A stretch of DNA of 58,016 nucleotides, the filler included, from Sphacelaria rigidula (taxonomy: Eukaryota): NCBI GenBank assembly GCA_964200075.2. It is 6 parts of 6 records of this genome, joined end to end, with 100 filler letters (N's around TTAATTAATTAA, not from the genome) between each part and the next. Parts side by side here need not be neighbours in the genome. Positions count along the whole stretch, not along the records: positions 29,060 to 38,645 come from CAXNAA020008150.1; positions 38,746 to 48,331 come from CAXNAA020008151.1; positions 48,432 to 58,016 come from CAXNAA020008152.1; 3 more parts are not named here. One strand, 5' to 3'. A program made the position numbers and the translations under genes. Under the pieces are notes generated by a model, which was not told the DNA's origin, made no database searches, and saw only the letters and a program-made list of their open reading frames with translations. Shown one piece after another: positions 34,160 to 48,459 of this stretch. Position 1 is the first letter of the stretch, and each line of letters begins with the position of its first letter.

Positions 34160-34500
34160 CGACATCAACTGTACCCTTCGTGGAGTTGAGATGACATCAC
34201 AGTATATTGTTGCGGTGCAATTGTCGCTCAACGATGATCGCAGCGGTAAGAGTGGCACAACGATTTCGTGTTATGGACTCCGTGATATGATGATGGACCG
34301 GCAAACCTCGACAGGTGGTATCTACCGTGGGACCATTCTGGTCCGAGGGGAAATAATGTCGAAGGCGCTGCGATGACTAGAAAACCACATCGACAAAAAG
34401 CAAGCATTGCTTCACGAGCGGATTTCGCGTCCAAGTAGGTCGAGATGCACGAAATGTACCCCTGCTTCCGCCGGTGAGCTGTCCATACCACGTGCGAAAC
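34160..34500 (-). mobile_element. Possible heavily degraded Ty1/copia integrase remnant
   Basis: Frameshifted fragments FVHLDLLG ... LLFVD ... SDN...YCD resemble the integrase core VHxDLxGP...FVDxxS...RTDN...YCD. Confidence 0.3.
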
Positions 34501-35377
34501 GTACCCCCGGGCTCACTTGATCAAGAGTAGCACAATCCATTCTGTACCTTCTATCATACTGGTAAGAAAAACTTCAACTGTGCGTTGAAGCTGTCCAGCA
34601 CTTCCGGAGGGTACTTTGCAGTATTAGGATAGCGATGGGAGACGCACTGCAGCAAAGTACTTGTGTGGTAGTATTGCTGTAGCTTCGTACGGTTTCGCTA
34701 ATTATATCTATAGCACATCATGGTCGCTGAAATATCCGAAGATCCAATCTAGCCGGCGTGCGGCGAGACTATTTGTGTATAGTACCGTTTCAACGTCAAC
34801 ATCTCATAAAAAACTCGCGCATCTTTCATGTCATCATGCTCCAGCTGGAACGGCGGTCGGTACCCTCATCTCTCCAAAAACTGCCTGGGACATTGAAAGG
34901 CTGAAGGCTAGGTGAAGCCCCTAAGTGATGCCGCGATACCCTCCCCCCCTCCCGAGATGTGTCTGGCTTGAGCAGGAAAAAATCTACGTGCAAATCACAA
35001 TGATGAAAGCTGGGCACACGAAGAAGCTGAGAACTGGCACGCTTGGGTCGTTTTCGTCATGCAGTGTGACCAGCTATCATGCGCTGTATGACTATTTTCT
35101 CTCGTGACAGTTTTGGGGCTGTTTTTTTTTGCGGGGGGGGCTATCGCGGCATCACTGTCGTTCTGTATTTCATGACTCGGAGAGAGAGAGAGAGTATGTG
35201 TATGTATGGCTACGGCTGATGCTGGTCCTACGCTTGGAGAAGATGATGGGCTTGCTTGGTGCTGCTACTTTCCGGCGTCCCTAACCCCACCAGGTAACGA
35301 AATAACTATGTGAGTTTCTGTTCGCAAACTGCTGATCGTTTTTGAAACATGCGCATTGATGTATAGTGTAGCATACG

Positions 35378-35532
35378 CAGAAGGAACGTGGGGTACTATA
35401 AACAAATAATAAAAAAAAAACTCTTGTGTTGACCTTCCTCCTATGTGACCTCGGCTGATGCGCCCACATATCCCGAAAGGGGTAGAATGGCGCCCAGAAC
35501 AAATTGGACGGCAACACAACACACAACACACA
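35378..35532 (+). mobile_element. SINE family A, 3' fragment
   Basis: tgtgttgaccttcctcctatgtgacctcggctgatgcgcccacatatcccgaaagg...caacacaacacacaacaca. Confidence 0.8.
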
Positions 35533-36320
35533 CTATCTCTACTTTCTGTTGTCTGATATTGAACATTGGTTGTACGGTACTGCAACAACAGTCTTGTAGT
35601 GCTATGCTTTATCGCCTGAATATCTGTCAAATCGAGCAGACAATAGTAGTACTGACTATTGTCTGTTTAGACTTCTTGCCTGTTCCGCTTGTCGTAGGAA
35701 GAAACGGGTCACACGCATACTCTCATCTCCACAATGGTACCGCCAAGGGACATACAATACTCCAGACATATTTGACGGGGTATAACACCCCCTCCCGAAC
35801 CAGATAATGGGCGGCTTACGCGCTGATTTTGTCGAAAGCTGAAGAGGTCTGCACCCCCTAAAACTACACCCAAAGATCCCATCGAGGTCTTTCGCCTTCA
35901 CAGAAATCTTGAATGTTGCGCGAGTGCAGTGTCTTACTTTACTCTGAAGTCATTGTGGCAAATCGGGGGCCAGTATACCACGAGTACCGACGAGTCATTT
36001 TTCCTGTTTCAGTCAGGGGTCTGCGCAAAAGAGACATCTCAGGATACGGAGGCCCCAAGATCGAAAAATTGAGTTTTTGAAGGGAGGGGAGGGGGCACCC
36101 AGCCTTCTGTCCCTAGTTATTGCCGAGGCGTTGGCGGATGCGGTCTACTGCCGTGTACAGAAATCCTTGGCACGGAGACCGCTGAGATGGCGGACACGCT
36201 GCCCTCCCCAAGCTCATCACTCATCATGATTACATTTATGGGATTATGTTCCGTATCGTGTTCCTCGAGTATCTGCCAGTACGAGCTGGGCCAGCAGTGA
36301 ATCCCGCATTCGCTTGCCAG

Positions 36321-37738
36321 CAGTGTTGAATATCGAACGGAAAAAAAGTTCGATACGATATTTTCAATGTATCGACCTCAACACGTCGATACCGATATTT
36401 TTTTCGATACGCGGAAAATGACCCGATACGTATCGATACTCGATACTGATGCTCGAACGATACGATACGGCTGTTTTGGTGGGGACACAGCTTGCAAGAC
36501 CTCACGGTACTACACTCACGCTAGCAACCTACGGGTAACCCGAAGTGGGTGCACGCCTGATTGTATGAAGGTACAGCAGCACCAGTATGTGATTTGAGGT
36601 TTATTATGTGACATCATAGAAGTGGCGGCACAACACGCGGCGTGATGCTTCGGTTTGACAAAAATGGTTCATCGTGCAAGGGGCAAGTCGCGAAAGACGC
36701 AGTTAATCACAACTCGAGGTGTGATGCATGATAAATAGTGTGTTGTTCAAGCCAGTTATATCCCAAAGTAGATTCCGCGGCCACTATTCCGTCGTGTTCC
36801 TATTGAATTTGAGCATTTACCTCGGCTCTGCGCACTGCTCACTGCGAACGCACTCGATATTCAATAACAAACGCGCCAAACGTCGAAACTCGGCGAAAGA
36901 TGTTGAAGGCAAAGGCGCGCTCGCTTTTTCTGTTCTCCATACCAAATAAGGGATAAGTCGGCAGCATAGATCCAATTTTTTCATTGTCGGCTACACAACG
37001 AAGTATACTATCCAGACACCTAAACGCCAAAGCAATATAATTCCAAAGCTTGTAGAAAAAACTGAATATGCTGAGAAGAGATGACCGTCTACCCTCCCAC
37101 GCGAAACACTCCCGCCGACTTGAAACAGTCACAGGGCATCCGAGGTACTCTTTCGCCTCCTTTCTGATGTCTGCACACGAGATAACGCTAAACTATCAAG
37201 TGCAACGTGCAAGCACTGTAGAAACGCCGGACTTCGCGGGTAACTCTGCTTGCCCGCTCTCTCCACTCTTGGTTTGAGGGCACTGGGGCGGCCACTGGTA
37301 CAGCAGCAGCCGCCGTAGCAGACAGATACAAACGGTTCGGCAGAAACGTCGACCGTAGACTCTGCGCTGCCGCCTTTCACAAAGCCGAAAGTCTGAAGGC
37401 GGCTCATGTTGCAGATCGGTGTGGTTCGCAGCAAGTGGCTGTGTGGTGTGTGGTGTGTGGTGTGTGGTGTGTGCTGTGTGTGTTGTGTGTGGCGGGTGGC
37501 GGGTGGCGGGGTGGTAGGCAGTGGGGTGATGGGCGGTGGTACGATGTGCTGTCTAACCGCCCCCGCCCCCCCCGGTAAAATATATAAATAAATATATCGA
37601 CCATATCAATATCCGATATTGATATTGATATTGATACGTATCGACAAATATCGGCTTGGGAAGCAGCGATACCGATACGCCATATCGACCGATATTTTCG
37701 AAATCGTATCGAGCATCGATATCCGACTTTCAACACTG
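36321..37738. mobile_element. Non-autonomous hAT-type element (1418 bp) inserted in repeat family C
   Basis: TIRs CAGTGTTGAA/TTCAACACTG; 8-bp TSD cttgccag/cttgccac; dense subterminal cgata/tatcg motifs at both ends; uninterrupted paralogous site near 24830. Confidence 0.88.
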
Positions 37739-38645
37739 CTTGCCACACCAAAACTTCTCAAGTTTCCCAAATCAGCTCGACTTGAGTGTATTGCTGTGAA
37801 GTGCAGACCAACCTGGTAACACACGGCACCGCCGCTGAATGAAGAAAAATAAATAAATATAACGCATAATATATAATCTTAACGACGGACAAAAAAGAGA
37901 ACAAGTCGGGATTCGAACTCATGGCCTCCATAATTGGAGTCTCCGGTATCGCTTGAGTTGAAGGGGCGCGGCCGTGTCACACGAAAAGTGCGACGCCGCG
38001 CCCAATTTGAGGTATTTTTGGCCGAAACTTTACCAGAATATCGTTGGCGCGAGTGCCCGTATGTGTTGGAGCGTCGTCGTTGTTTTTATCATTTTTTACG
38101 GATTTTGTAGCATTTTCCCTGTTTTTGCTGAAACTGCAACTCGCTCTATCTTCCTGTTGTTTTTCCTGTGCAACCCCAGTAGGGTTGCGCAGGTTGATGA
38201 TAAATATGTCGTGTCAAAATGTCTGCGCTTAACTCTTCGAATTACCAATGGCATCTCCACTCTTCGTTCAAAAATCACTGTCAGCTGGCCCAGCTCGTAG
38301 TCCGGGCAAGTTTGGCGAGGCGTGGGATAATGTTGCTACTTTGGCTACAGGCTGTTACGACCACCGTGCGCTCGTGTACATACAATATACACCATGTGAG
38401 TAGGCGTGGGCGGCATCTGAGGTCATCGGGACAGAGCGGGAAAATAAGGAGCAGAAGCAAATATACAAACCCCGCAGAGCCTACCAGACGTTTCGATTTT
38501 TGTCCCTTTTTTTTATCATTGATTTCTTGCAACAACAACAAAAAAACATGACAATTTTCGAAAAACGCCTTCCGGGAGGGGGGGGGGGGGGTACACATTT
38601 ATTTCTTGCCGTATTCGGTTGACCAGTGACCACGCATCCCTTTCG

Positions 38646-38745
38646 NNNNNNNNNNNNNNNNNNNNNNNNNNNNNNNNNNNNNNNNNNNNTTAATTAATTA
38701 ANNNNNNNNNNNNNNNNNNNNNNNNNNNNNNNNNNNNNNNNNNNN
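38646..38745. other. Artificial contig-joining spacer
   Basis: N44-TTAATTAATTAA-N44. Confidence 0.98.
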
Positions 38746-40607
38746 AGGCGTGATAAATGGCCAAACCCCTAAGGCGAGCAACAAATGAGTTCGCCCCCCC
38801 CCCCCCGCCCTCCCCTTTCTTCGGTTTGTCTACCCCCAATATCCCGAAATATGCTCACTGTTGATCACTCCCTGCCCCCCAAAACTCGTCTTCCACGCCG
38901 CGGCACGGCGGAACATAACACGAACTATCACGTCCCCACCGCCTCTTCAAGCGGCCTGGAGGGAACCCCCCGCACACAAACCAGACCCTATCGCGATGTC
39001 CAGTTGGTCTCGACCTCACGGCAAAACAACAACAAAAGTAGACACTGATTTTTCACATATGGTTGCTCGACGACAATTGCAGAGGCCCCAATAGAACGCA
39101 ACGGGCCGCGGTCCCGAAGAGTATGGCAAACGAATGCTCTAGGGGCGAACAGGATTGCTGCGTCACTGCTTTGGACGGGCAGAGTGACTTCTTTCTCAGA
39201 CAAAATCTCGAACAGTCCCGAACGGTTGCTACGCGCCCCGACATATCATATGTGAGGGCAGGTTCCTCATCCACTCCAGCCAGTAGATCATTTTTGACTT
39301 TCCACTTATTCGGGATAATCACAGATGTTGTTTGGCAACGACAATATTTGTAGGATGACACAACGGTCCTGGGCAATGTCGAGACAGACAGCACAGCCGA
39401 CCGCCACTCAAGCAGACCTATCGAAGAGCCTACATATGACGCACATGTGTATCGAACGTAAATCTTTCGCCACCGCTCCCATAATCGGCATGTTGTGTGG
39501 TACGGGCTTTCGTCAACATTGGATTGATATCGATTTCAGAGGAGAACAGGTAAAGCCCGTACCTGTATTCTGCCACTACCCCATTTTAGAGGGGATGGCT
39601 TGACTCACGTCTGTCCATTTTCCCTCCAAAAAGCTGAGTTGCCGCGTCTGGGATAGGCGTTTGAGCTGGGTTTCAATGAAAAATCCTGACGTCCGTGTGG
39701 GTTCGCGTAATTACAACCGTCCACAACCGCTGCAGCCAATGCGCGGGAAAACAATGTATTCGGGAAAATAACGGCGTGCTGTTGTGCACTGCGGTATGCG
39801 GAGTGCGGTAGACATACATACGGTAACCAAACAAGGAAGGGGGTAAACGTGTAAAATTACAGTAGTCGTGTGTGTACGCATGTAGGCTGAGTGGTACGAA
39901 GAATATGCTGTTCAGGATGCAAGGGTCCACGAGGACGGCGGCCTAGGGAGTAAAATACACCACCAATCATCAATCAGAAGAGTACAGGCAATATCCAACG
40001 AGATACAGCAACACCAGTACTGCTGCCTCTAAGGAACACTCGCTCTGTCGTACGGTGAGTAGTACGAAACAAGGACACTACTGCTGCATGTTGTTTCTGC
40101 AGCAGATTACAACATTATACTATACAGTGCTCGTGCTCCATTGCACAGTTGATGAGGAGTACGATACAGTAACACCACTTCTATCGTCTGAATACTATGA
40201 GGTGTTGGTACCTCTCTTTAGAAAGCGGCTTCTAGACGCACAATGGTCAATGTCTTCGGAGAGCATCCGCTCAGTCGAGCTTGCGCAGTGCTTGACTGGT
40301 CGCGAACACCGTGGTTCTCGGGTTGCTCGTCGCGGCCAGCCCTGCAGGCGTCATCACCGTGTCATCGGATCAGTGTCAGTGGTTGACTTATACTTTTGTA
40401 CTGTACTGAGGAATTGGGGGTGCGCGAGACAAAGCAAAACATCTAACTCACTGGTAGGTGGTGTCCCGCGTCCCACGTCGAGACAATTATTGTTCGGGCT
40501 TTTCGCTAGGACAAATAATCCATGACCTTTCGCCTGGGATCGTCGATTTTTCGTCTGCGAAATAAGTATGAATTTTTCATCGGATGTTTTATCTGTCGTA
40601 ACGGAAA

Positions 40608-41170
40608 CCGGTCGCCACGGTGGCTCAGTTGGTAACCTCGGAAACTTCTGACGGTTGGATTGTGTGTGCGCGTGGGTGCAGTCACGCGATCTGGAACTTT
40701 TTCCTACACCACGCTCAACAGTGGACAACGACCGTCGTGTGTACATGAAAATTCCAGTGCACTTATCGTTACACGTCACAAGTTAAGTGGCGTCGGGTCA
40801 GGCTGGTACTACGGTGGAGAGCCACCTTGGGGGGACTGATTTGACTTGCCTTGTAGAAACAGCACAGGCATTATTACCACGTGGTCCCCACCGTAGTATT
40901 AGCCTGGTCCGACGCTCAATTTGTGACGTGTAACGATTAGTGCCCTGGAAAATTCGACTTCACGGTCAACGAGGGAAAAGGATCGGTAAACCCCTCCAGC
41001 GGAATATAATAAGGCAAGCACCACAGAAGGAAGGTGGGATACCAAAACAAAAGAAGGGGGAAAATCCCGTGTTGACCTTCCTCTTGTGTGACCCCGGCTG
41101 ATGCGCCCGCATACACCGACAGGTGTAGACTGGCGTCAAGAATAGATAGGATGACAACACACGACACACA
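40608..41170 (+). mobile_element. SINE family A copy interrupted by a MITE
   Basis: Head at 40608 (ccggtcgccacggtggctcagttggt); the body resumes at 40956 (gacttcacggtcaacgaggg). Confidence 0.85.
40755..40947. mobile_element. hAT-type MITE (193 bp) with inverted arms of about 70 bp and a perfect 8-bp TSD
   Basis: Ends cagtgcacttatcgttacacgtcacaa and ttgtgacgtgtaacgattagtgccctg. TSD gaaaattc at 40747-40754 and 40948-40955. Confidence 0.93.
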
Positions 41171-41935
41171 TAACAAGTGGTTGAGACATAATGCCCGTGC
41201 AGGGAGTGACGGAATTTTTTTGTTGGTCATTTTGTTCGTCATGAGATGCGGCCTTCGCAGAAAATTACGATTCGATGTTCCAGAAATGGTCGATTAATGC
41301 TTGAGACGATTTCGCTACCGAAACTTTCTGCACCAGGTCCTACACACTTCATGTAGTAGCTTTCCACGGTGAAGCCTCTGATTCTCCTGGGTAGGGTATC
41401 GGCCGTTTAGCTGTAAGTGCCGACATTCACCACCAGCGAATGAGCACACACGCACAAAATGAAACACTGGACAAGCTAAAACGCATCATTAAACGCACTC
41501 AATCAAACGCTAGACTCTCAATATGGCGAGAAGGTTGTTATAGGAAGTTGGATCACCTCGCGTTTGTTATAAATGGCGTGTATATACAACCTTGGTTACT
41601 CTTATCGTGCCGACATGTACAACAACTCACAAGACAATCTGATAGTGTTCGCAAAATTTGCTCCAATGACAAACATAAATTGACCATAATAAACGTTGCC
41701 ATTGATTCGCAGAAAACAAGGAGAACGTTCCGAAGAGTTGTTCCCAAATGACAAAAACAAAAATATTTACATAAGTTTAGAGAAGCATTTTCTCCGGTGA
41801 ACAGGTATTTCGCGTGTGTTGCGCGCGATTTTCCAAGGAAAAAAAAGTTATCACGAATGCGGGTAACACATATTTGTAGACAGATAGATATTTTATGTAC
41901 GCCTCACACATGTGTTTTGAACGAACACATTCATG

Positions 41936-42300
41936 CCGGTCGCCCCGGTGGCTCAGTTGATAACCTCGAGGCCCGTCTGACGGTTGGGTCGTGGGTTCAA
42001 ATCTCGGAGCGATCTGGGATTTTTTCTTACACAGTGCCCAACAGTGAAAAGCTACTATGCCGTGGGTACACAGAAATCGTTTTCATAGTCGACGAGGATA
42101 AGGAAGCGCTGAATCCCTCTCGGCATAAAAAATAAAGGCAAGCACCGTAGAAGAAAGGCGGAGAACTAAAATGAGAACAAAAAATAAATATCTTCTGTGA
42201 TGGCCGTCCTCCTGTGTGACCCCGGCTGGTGCGCCCACTTACACCGAAAGGTGTAGACCGGCGTCCAGGAGAGGTGGGACGGCAACAAACAACACACACA
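41936..42300 (+). mobile_element. SINE family A, full length
   Basis: gccggtcgccccggtggctcagttg...ggttcaaatctcggagcgatctggga...caacaaacaacacacaca. Confidence 0.85.
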
Positions 42301-45300
42301 TACTCTCCGTGTGTTATATCTATATGTTATGAAGTGAACGGGTACTCTGGGAATGCTTGGCAGATATTTTTTGTTGCAGTCAGATGTCCCATGTGCCGTG
42401 TTTCTGCGCTGTTCGCCCGCACAGCGCAGTACTCTAGCCTGTGCATATTTGAGCATTTACTGTACAGGCAGTACAGACAGAGTATAGCCGTGAACTACAG
42501 CTGCGTAAACTATCGATGTAGTGAGGTACCCTATGTATAGCAGGGTGTGAATGCTGCAGTGTAGATGGGGGCGAGGGATGTACTCACGCTCTTGCATGCC
42601 GTAGTCATGAGACCATTGACCTCGCAACCCTACAAAGCCGGGACGGATCACGCTTGTTTCTCACAGGACCACGCTCGCCGTCACCAAGTGCGAAGCGCCG
42701 TGGTATTTTCTGCGACACAAAGGGTGATCTACAACCTGCCAAGATTCTTCAGCCCGAAGCGTAGTTTTTTCTTCTGGTATATTATTGTCAATTCCAGAGG
42801 ATAGCCACGGCCTACACACTGCCTCGTGAGTGTCCCACCATAAAACACCACGTAGTACGATCATCCCCTTCGCGCGCAGTTGCGTTTCTCCACCCCGCAA
42901 AATATTATCCACGTCCTCCACTAGCATGGTTACCGCAACAAAAACGCAAGCGAGAAAACAAAGCTGGAAGCCGGTTGCCTAGCTTACGCAACGACTAGCA
43001 TGTTCAATAGCGACATCGCCAACCGATGCAAACCCTTTGGAGTAGATAGGGGCCGGGGCGGGGGGGGGGGTGCCCAGCATGAGGAGCAAGATACGCGTCG
43101 CAAAAGTCACGGCTGAATATTATTTGGCACATACTCGGGATGCTCAACGTACAGTGTGCTCACGCTGATATTTTTGGATGCCTGGCTGTGCCTGTTATTG
43201 AAGGGTAGGGTCCATGATCATAGAATCTGTTTTTTCGGGGATCCCCGGAATGTTCGGCGCTGGCAAGGTACCTGACGACTCGCGCGTGCTTGCGAAGGAC
43301 ACGGCGTACACACAGGGCAGCTCTCCGAGGTGCTGCGATCCTGTCCGAAATTTTCGGATTTCTCCAAAAATGAAGCTTCGGGAAAAAAAAAGCCGATTCA
43401 TTCTCCGAGAAGTCTGACCGCAGAGTCCGAGAAGTCCGAAAATCTTGGAGACGTCTGGAAAAATTCATGTCCATAAGAATGGGCCTGAGACATGCATTCC
43501 GTCGTTGGTTGGAGCGTCCTGCTGCATACAAGTGCCATGCAGCTAGACATCGAAAGTCCCCCTGCATTGTGATACACTGCGTCTGGAGGTGTGCACAAGA
43601 TGCGCGTATATTGCACGCTGCTTCACGCTGTGCCTGGTCTTCAGCTGTACTGTGTTACTGTCTGTGGACCACCGTGGTAAGTTCGTATTTGCTCGCGTTT
43701 CAACTCCTCGAGCTTCCAGAGCTTTCGGTTCCGAGAACTCGACCTCACAGTGTCGGGAATCCTTGGATTCTAGCAATTGTCTGTCTAGATGATCCCTCTA
43801 TGATCCCTGGGCGCTAGAACAGACATAGTCAACGGGACACGTAACGGTTTCCCTCACAGCTATGCCTCTTCCTCCTACCCCTCGAGCAGCCTATTGTATC
43901 GACCCCCAAGAGGACGACTCACAGCTGTTCTAGCCACTTGCGGGTTTCTCATCGTCAAAGCAGTGCTTAATGTCTATCACTTTCTCACGGGGGAATAAAC
44001 AGAGTGCTTGCAGTTTCTTCCAAGGCAACACGGTATTCTACAGTCCATGCAGCGCCCAGGCACCACGGATCATTTCCTGGATAATGAGTTACTGCAACTG
44101 GGATATGATGGTAGAGTTCACCACAATCGAATACCTAGCCCACACACTCTTCGCTCGACTTCACCGAGTTAAAGGTTTTGGGGTTATGACTCCTGGGACA
44201 ATTTTGCTGTTTGCCCCCGTGCATTGATACGAACGTCAGTAAGCAGCCATACCCATGGTTGCGCGCGCAGGCGGGGCGCCATTGATGCGTTGTACCCTAG
44301 TAAACGAAATGCGGTTCACCGTGGCATTTCAACACTCATCTATGGTCTATGGGACAGCGCGAATCTGCACAATCCAGCACCCATGAATCTCTCCACTGCG
44401 CAACTTTGTAGTTCCCCGTTTGCGTGCAGAACGTATCACGAATCCTTTTCTGCCTCACCGCAGATTAGGATTTCTGCTCTGCACTTTACCATGATTAGTC
44501 AAACCCGCATGGTACAAGTATTACGAAGCATCCGCACCGTGCCGCATGAAAAAAGCAAGAAATCACATGAAGATAAAGTTGACGCGCGAGTACATCTAGC
44601 CCATACAGCACGCGTACGGGACGGTCCTGCCGACGCCAAAAATCGTGCCTTCAAACCACGCACACATCTACCCAGCCACTTTCCATAAATGATTCTGCGT
44701 GGCCTTCTTGTTTCCATAGAACTGTAGGAGACGCATGACGGTGGGGTTTCCGACGAAATTTTGAGAATCATTCCGCACACAGTCTCAAGATTTCCGACCC
44801 TTCCACCGCGTGATTTCTCGCAGGTCACTCGTAGGGTTTGACAAACCATATCGCTATTCCTTATCTCATCCCAAGGCACCATCCCTCCTCACCCCCCCGG
44901 AACTCCATAATATGTACATGAATGCGTACAGTGCACTTGTACGTAGGGCATACAGAGAGCTGCGACTAGCGGGGTGGGCGACCGAGGTTTCCGATCACTG
45001 TGGTGACCGCAGCATTGCAACTCTACCACCGTAGGAACTATAGTCGCCCGGCCCCGTACCGTACAGCACCGTCGTTTCAGGGACCCATGTGCCGTATCCC
45101 GAGCAAAACCAAGGGAATACAATCACCGCCCTTTATCGTCTCGCACTTCACCAGTACCGCACACCGTGTGCACTGCAGTGATGTCACGAAAGGAGCGTTG
45201 AACGGTGAACTACTCAGAGTCGCCTTTAGAGAATACAGGACAAAACACCGCGCGGTGTTCTTCGTCATCGCTTTTATCTAGTACTCAAACGTGCACTAGG

Positions 45301-48300
45301 CACTGCCATCAAGCACTCGCACACAAGCCCGCGGCTGCACCCTTGTCAGCAAGGGGGGGGGCGGGTAAAGAAGAAAGAGGACATACGTCACGAATCTGTG
45401 CTCGATTCCTGCCTCACCGCCGGGGGCTGGAGACGCCGTGTTCAGATGACAAGCAGTACGCGTTTTGCGGTCATATTAGTCTCAGTATACTTCCATGTAG
45501 CCCTCCCGCAAAATCCGGCGTCCCGTGTCTCCCTCCCGCATAGTACGGCGTTTTCAGGGCGGGGAATCCGCCGTTCCTCATACCCCCATCACTTGTTCAT
45601 CTAGGGTCCATTTGAGAACTCTAGCGTCAAAAGGATTACGCACAACATGCGGAGGTGAAGCTTGTTCTGACCTTCCGTGACGGTCGAAAGTCATCATTCA
45701 GCGGTCGAACCACCCCTCTCCCACGGTCACCACGGGAACTGACACACCAAATCTCCTCGGCTTTTGGCTGCTCACGCACAGGCGAACCCTGGGTGGTGAA
45801 GATGTTCTTCAATTGCGTATACTGGTCGAGAAACAGGACTGGCGCTTCTGCTGTACCTCTTCAGCATTCTGGACAGCCCGCGGGGGAGAGAGGGGCGTGG
45901 AGACGGGTTGGCCTGCGACTAGTGGGCCCCCTCAGTGATATCCCTTGTCGATCATATGGAGGTTATGGCAGGGAAAGGTGCACGTTCTTGTAGACAGAGT
46001 TATGTTCCGCAGTTTCAAAGGTTCTTGTGCCCAGAGGGAAGGTCATCATGGGAAGAGGGGTGGGCACTGTCAGCACCAACAGCTGGCTTCACGGACCACC
46101 CCCCACGGTGAAGAACGCCGCATCACGCGCGAGATCCATCACAGCACATATCGCAAGCGATTGCTGCTTAAACGGTATCTGCATACGCTAGAACAGGGCG
46201 AAGTTGGTGCACGGTTATCTAGATGCGGGCCCCACGCTGTGCGCATTGGTCTTAAAACACACATGTAGAATACACTGCTTGCCGTCTGCGTTTGACACTG
46301 CGTACCAACCACACCCGTGACGCCTTGGGCCGTACCACCTGCTCAATGCACAGCGGCGGGGTGCAGAGCGACAGAACGTCACATCCTTAGCCCATCTCTG
46401 TGCTGTATCAATTGCCTGCTATCTCATGCAGGTCGTCACAACATGAACGCAGAAGCGTGTACTGCAGCCGAGGTGTAGTTCGTGCAGCTGCCGTCTACAA
46501 CTTGGAGTATTGCCAAAATTACAGCAGGAAACGGGTTCCATATTATGCACAGTAAATATTTTTGCATCGTATACGTACCGACTGTAGAAACGTTTTGCCC
46601 AGGGCGTGGTGCAGTTCCGCATAAAATCATCACTACCAAGAATCATCAAATCCACAATTTCTTCGGCCTGATTGCCCTAAAGGGAGAAAAAAGTTGACAG
46701 CTTGTCCGAGGGGTATCCACTCAACGTTTGCGCTATTCCACGTGTGTGGGCTGCGTGTACCTGGGTTGCAACGCTGAAAATAAGGCTCAGGGATTGATTC
46801 GTACATGTCGAATCAAATATAATAAAAACAAGTAATTTCCACTAATCATTATTTGTCCGACCCTTGTAATCTAACGCGGTGACATTGTGAAAGAAACCGC
46901 AAGATGCGGGCGAAACGTAAGTGGAGCAATCGCCTACGTATTCACGTACAACCCCCCCCCGTGTGCTGTACGTTGATATTGATAGAAGAACACCACTACA
47001 ACCACCTTGCCGGCTGCCAGGCTGTCAGCAACTTGGATACGCTAGCATTGCAACTGTCTGTACGCGGGCGTTGAACTCTTGCCGGGTACACCGGCGAGGG
47101 TCCGTGACAGAACGCAGTGGTCGCGCGACAGAAGCGTAACCTTGACCTGTCGAGCAACTTCGAGCGGGAGCGTTCAGCCCTCAACCCTCAGATATAATAG
47201 AGCCTGAACGATATTTTCTTGCTGGGTATCTGCTGGCGTTCATCCATAGATGGGCGAAGACTGATGATGAGGTCGACAGGATTCATCGCAGTCTGCGAGC
47301 CCGACTGAGACCATACCCAGTATAATCGTCATCAGACAGGAAGTGCTAAATAACTATGTACTGTCACTTGCTGGTATCCACCGTTTCAGTGCAGACCGGG
47401 CCCTCAGCGCCTTGCGCGGCTAGGACTGTGCCTGTGAAACCCTGCTGTAGTACCAATCTACACATCCTCCAAGTTTCGGCGCCATCGCAACCGAAGTGCG
47501 GGTTATCTTGACGTCTAACCCTCCAAAATATCGCCTTCGAATCATCGGAGAGGAATCACACTGCTCTGCTACTGGACCACGGTACTCAATAACTACATAG
47601 ACAGCGTCTGGTCTTGTTCCACACGGCCGTACTTTACTGTACTGTACCTGAACGCTGCATGTATGAAAAGAACAAGGCCTATGTCGCAACTTGAGTCCGT
47701 ACGTAAGACTCTCTTGCTCGCTCCACGTCGGGACAACGACCAAGAGCGAGCAGTGGCGCGAATGTTGGGCCAAATCATTGAAACCAAGAACTCCGTGTAT
47801 CGACGGGGAAAAGCTGGTGTTTGGAGAACTTGACGCTACGGTAGAGAAGACTCGTACGGTTATGGGGGTGAATGGGGCCCGATTTTGGGCACTATATATC
47901 TGTAAAATGGGCCGACCACTATCCACTGCAGAAAAATGACCCGTAGTCGAGCCAATCGTATCAATCACAGATACAGACGTCATCTCCGAATGACGATCTC
48001 GCTCGTATGGAATAAACTCTAACTTGAGTACATATTTACAAGCCTGCGAGTGGTCGGTGTCGCGGAATTGTAGCTCCAGCGACGGCACCGATATAGTGTT
48101 GTGTGCTTGTATTGTTTAGCTGTTGCACTCGGGAAGCACATACCCACTACGTTCCACCCCACATTCACCGTCCTTCTCAACATCAGCAGTCAAGAACACG
48201 AAATGTGGCAGTAGTTGCGGGCGTCACCCACAACACCAACCCCACTTAACCCTTTTACTCACATATCGCAAAAACGAAGCAGCAGAGAATATTCAAACAA

Positions 48301-48331
48301 TTAGCTCAAGTGTCGAGTATCGTGGAACAAG

Positions 48332-48431
48332 NNNNNNNNNNNNNNNNNNNNNNNNNNNNNNNNNNNNNNNNNNNNTTAATTAATTAANNNNNNNNNNNNN
48401 NNNNNNNNNNNNNNNNNNNNNNNNNNNNNNN
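48332..48431. other. Artificial contig-joining spacer
   Basis: N44-TTAATTAATTAA-N44. Confidence 0.98.
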
Positions 48432-48459
48432 TTCTTGAGTTTTTCTCGAGTATTATTCC

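Noticed and set aside
45740-46050. Faint resemblance to LINE reverse transcriptase (QQKRQSC...NIF) on the minus strand
   Set aside because: Too degenerate to call without a profile search.
47420-48088. 222-aa minus-strand ORF
   Set aside because: Non-ATG start, no recognisable domain and no convincing exon structure; I cannot support it.
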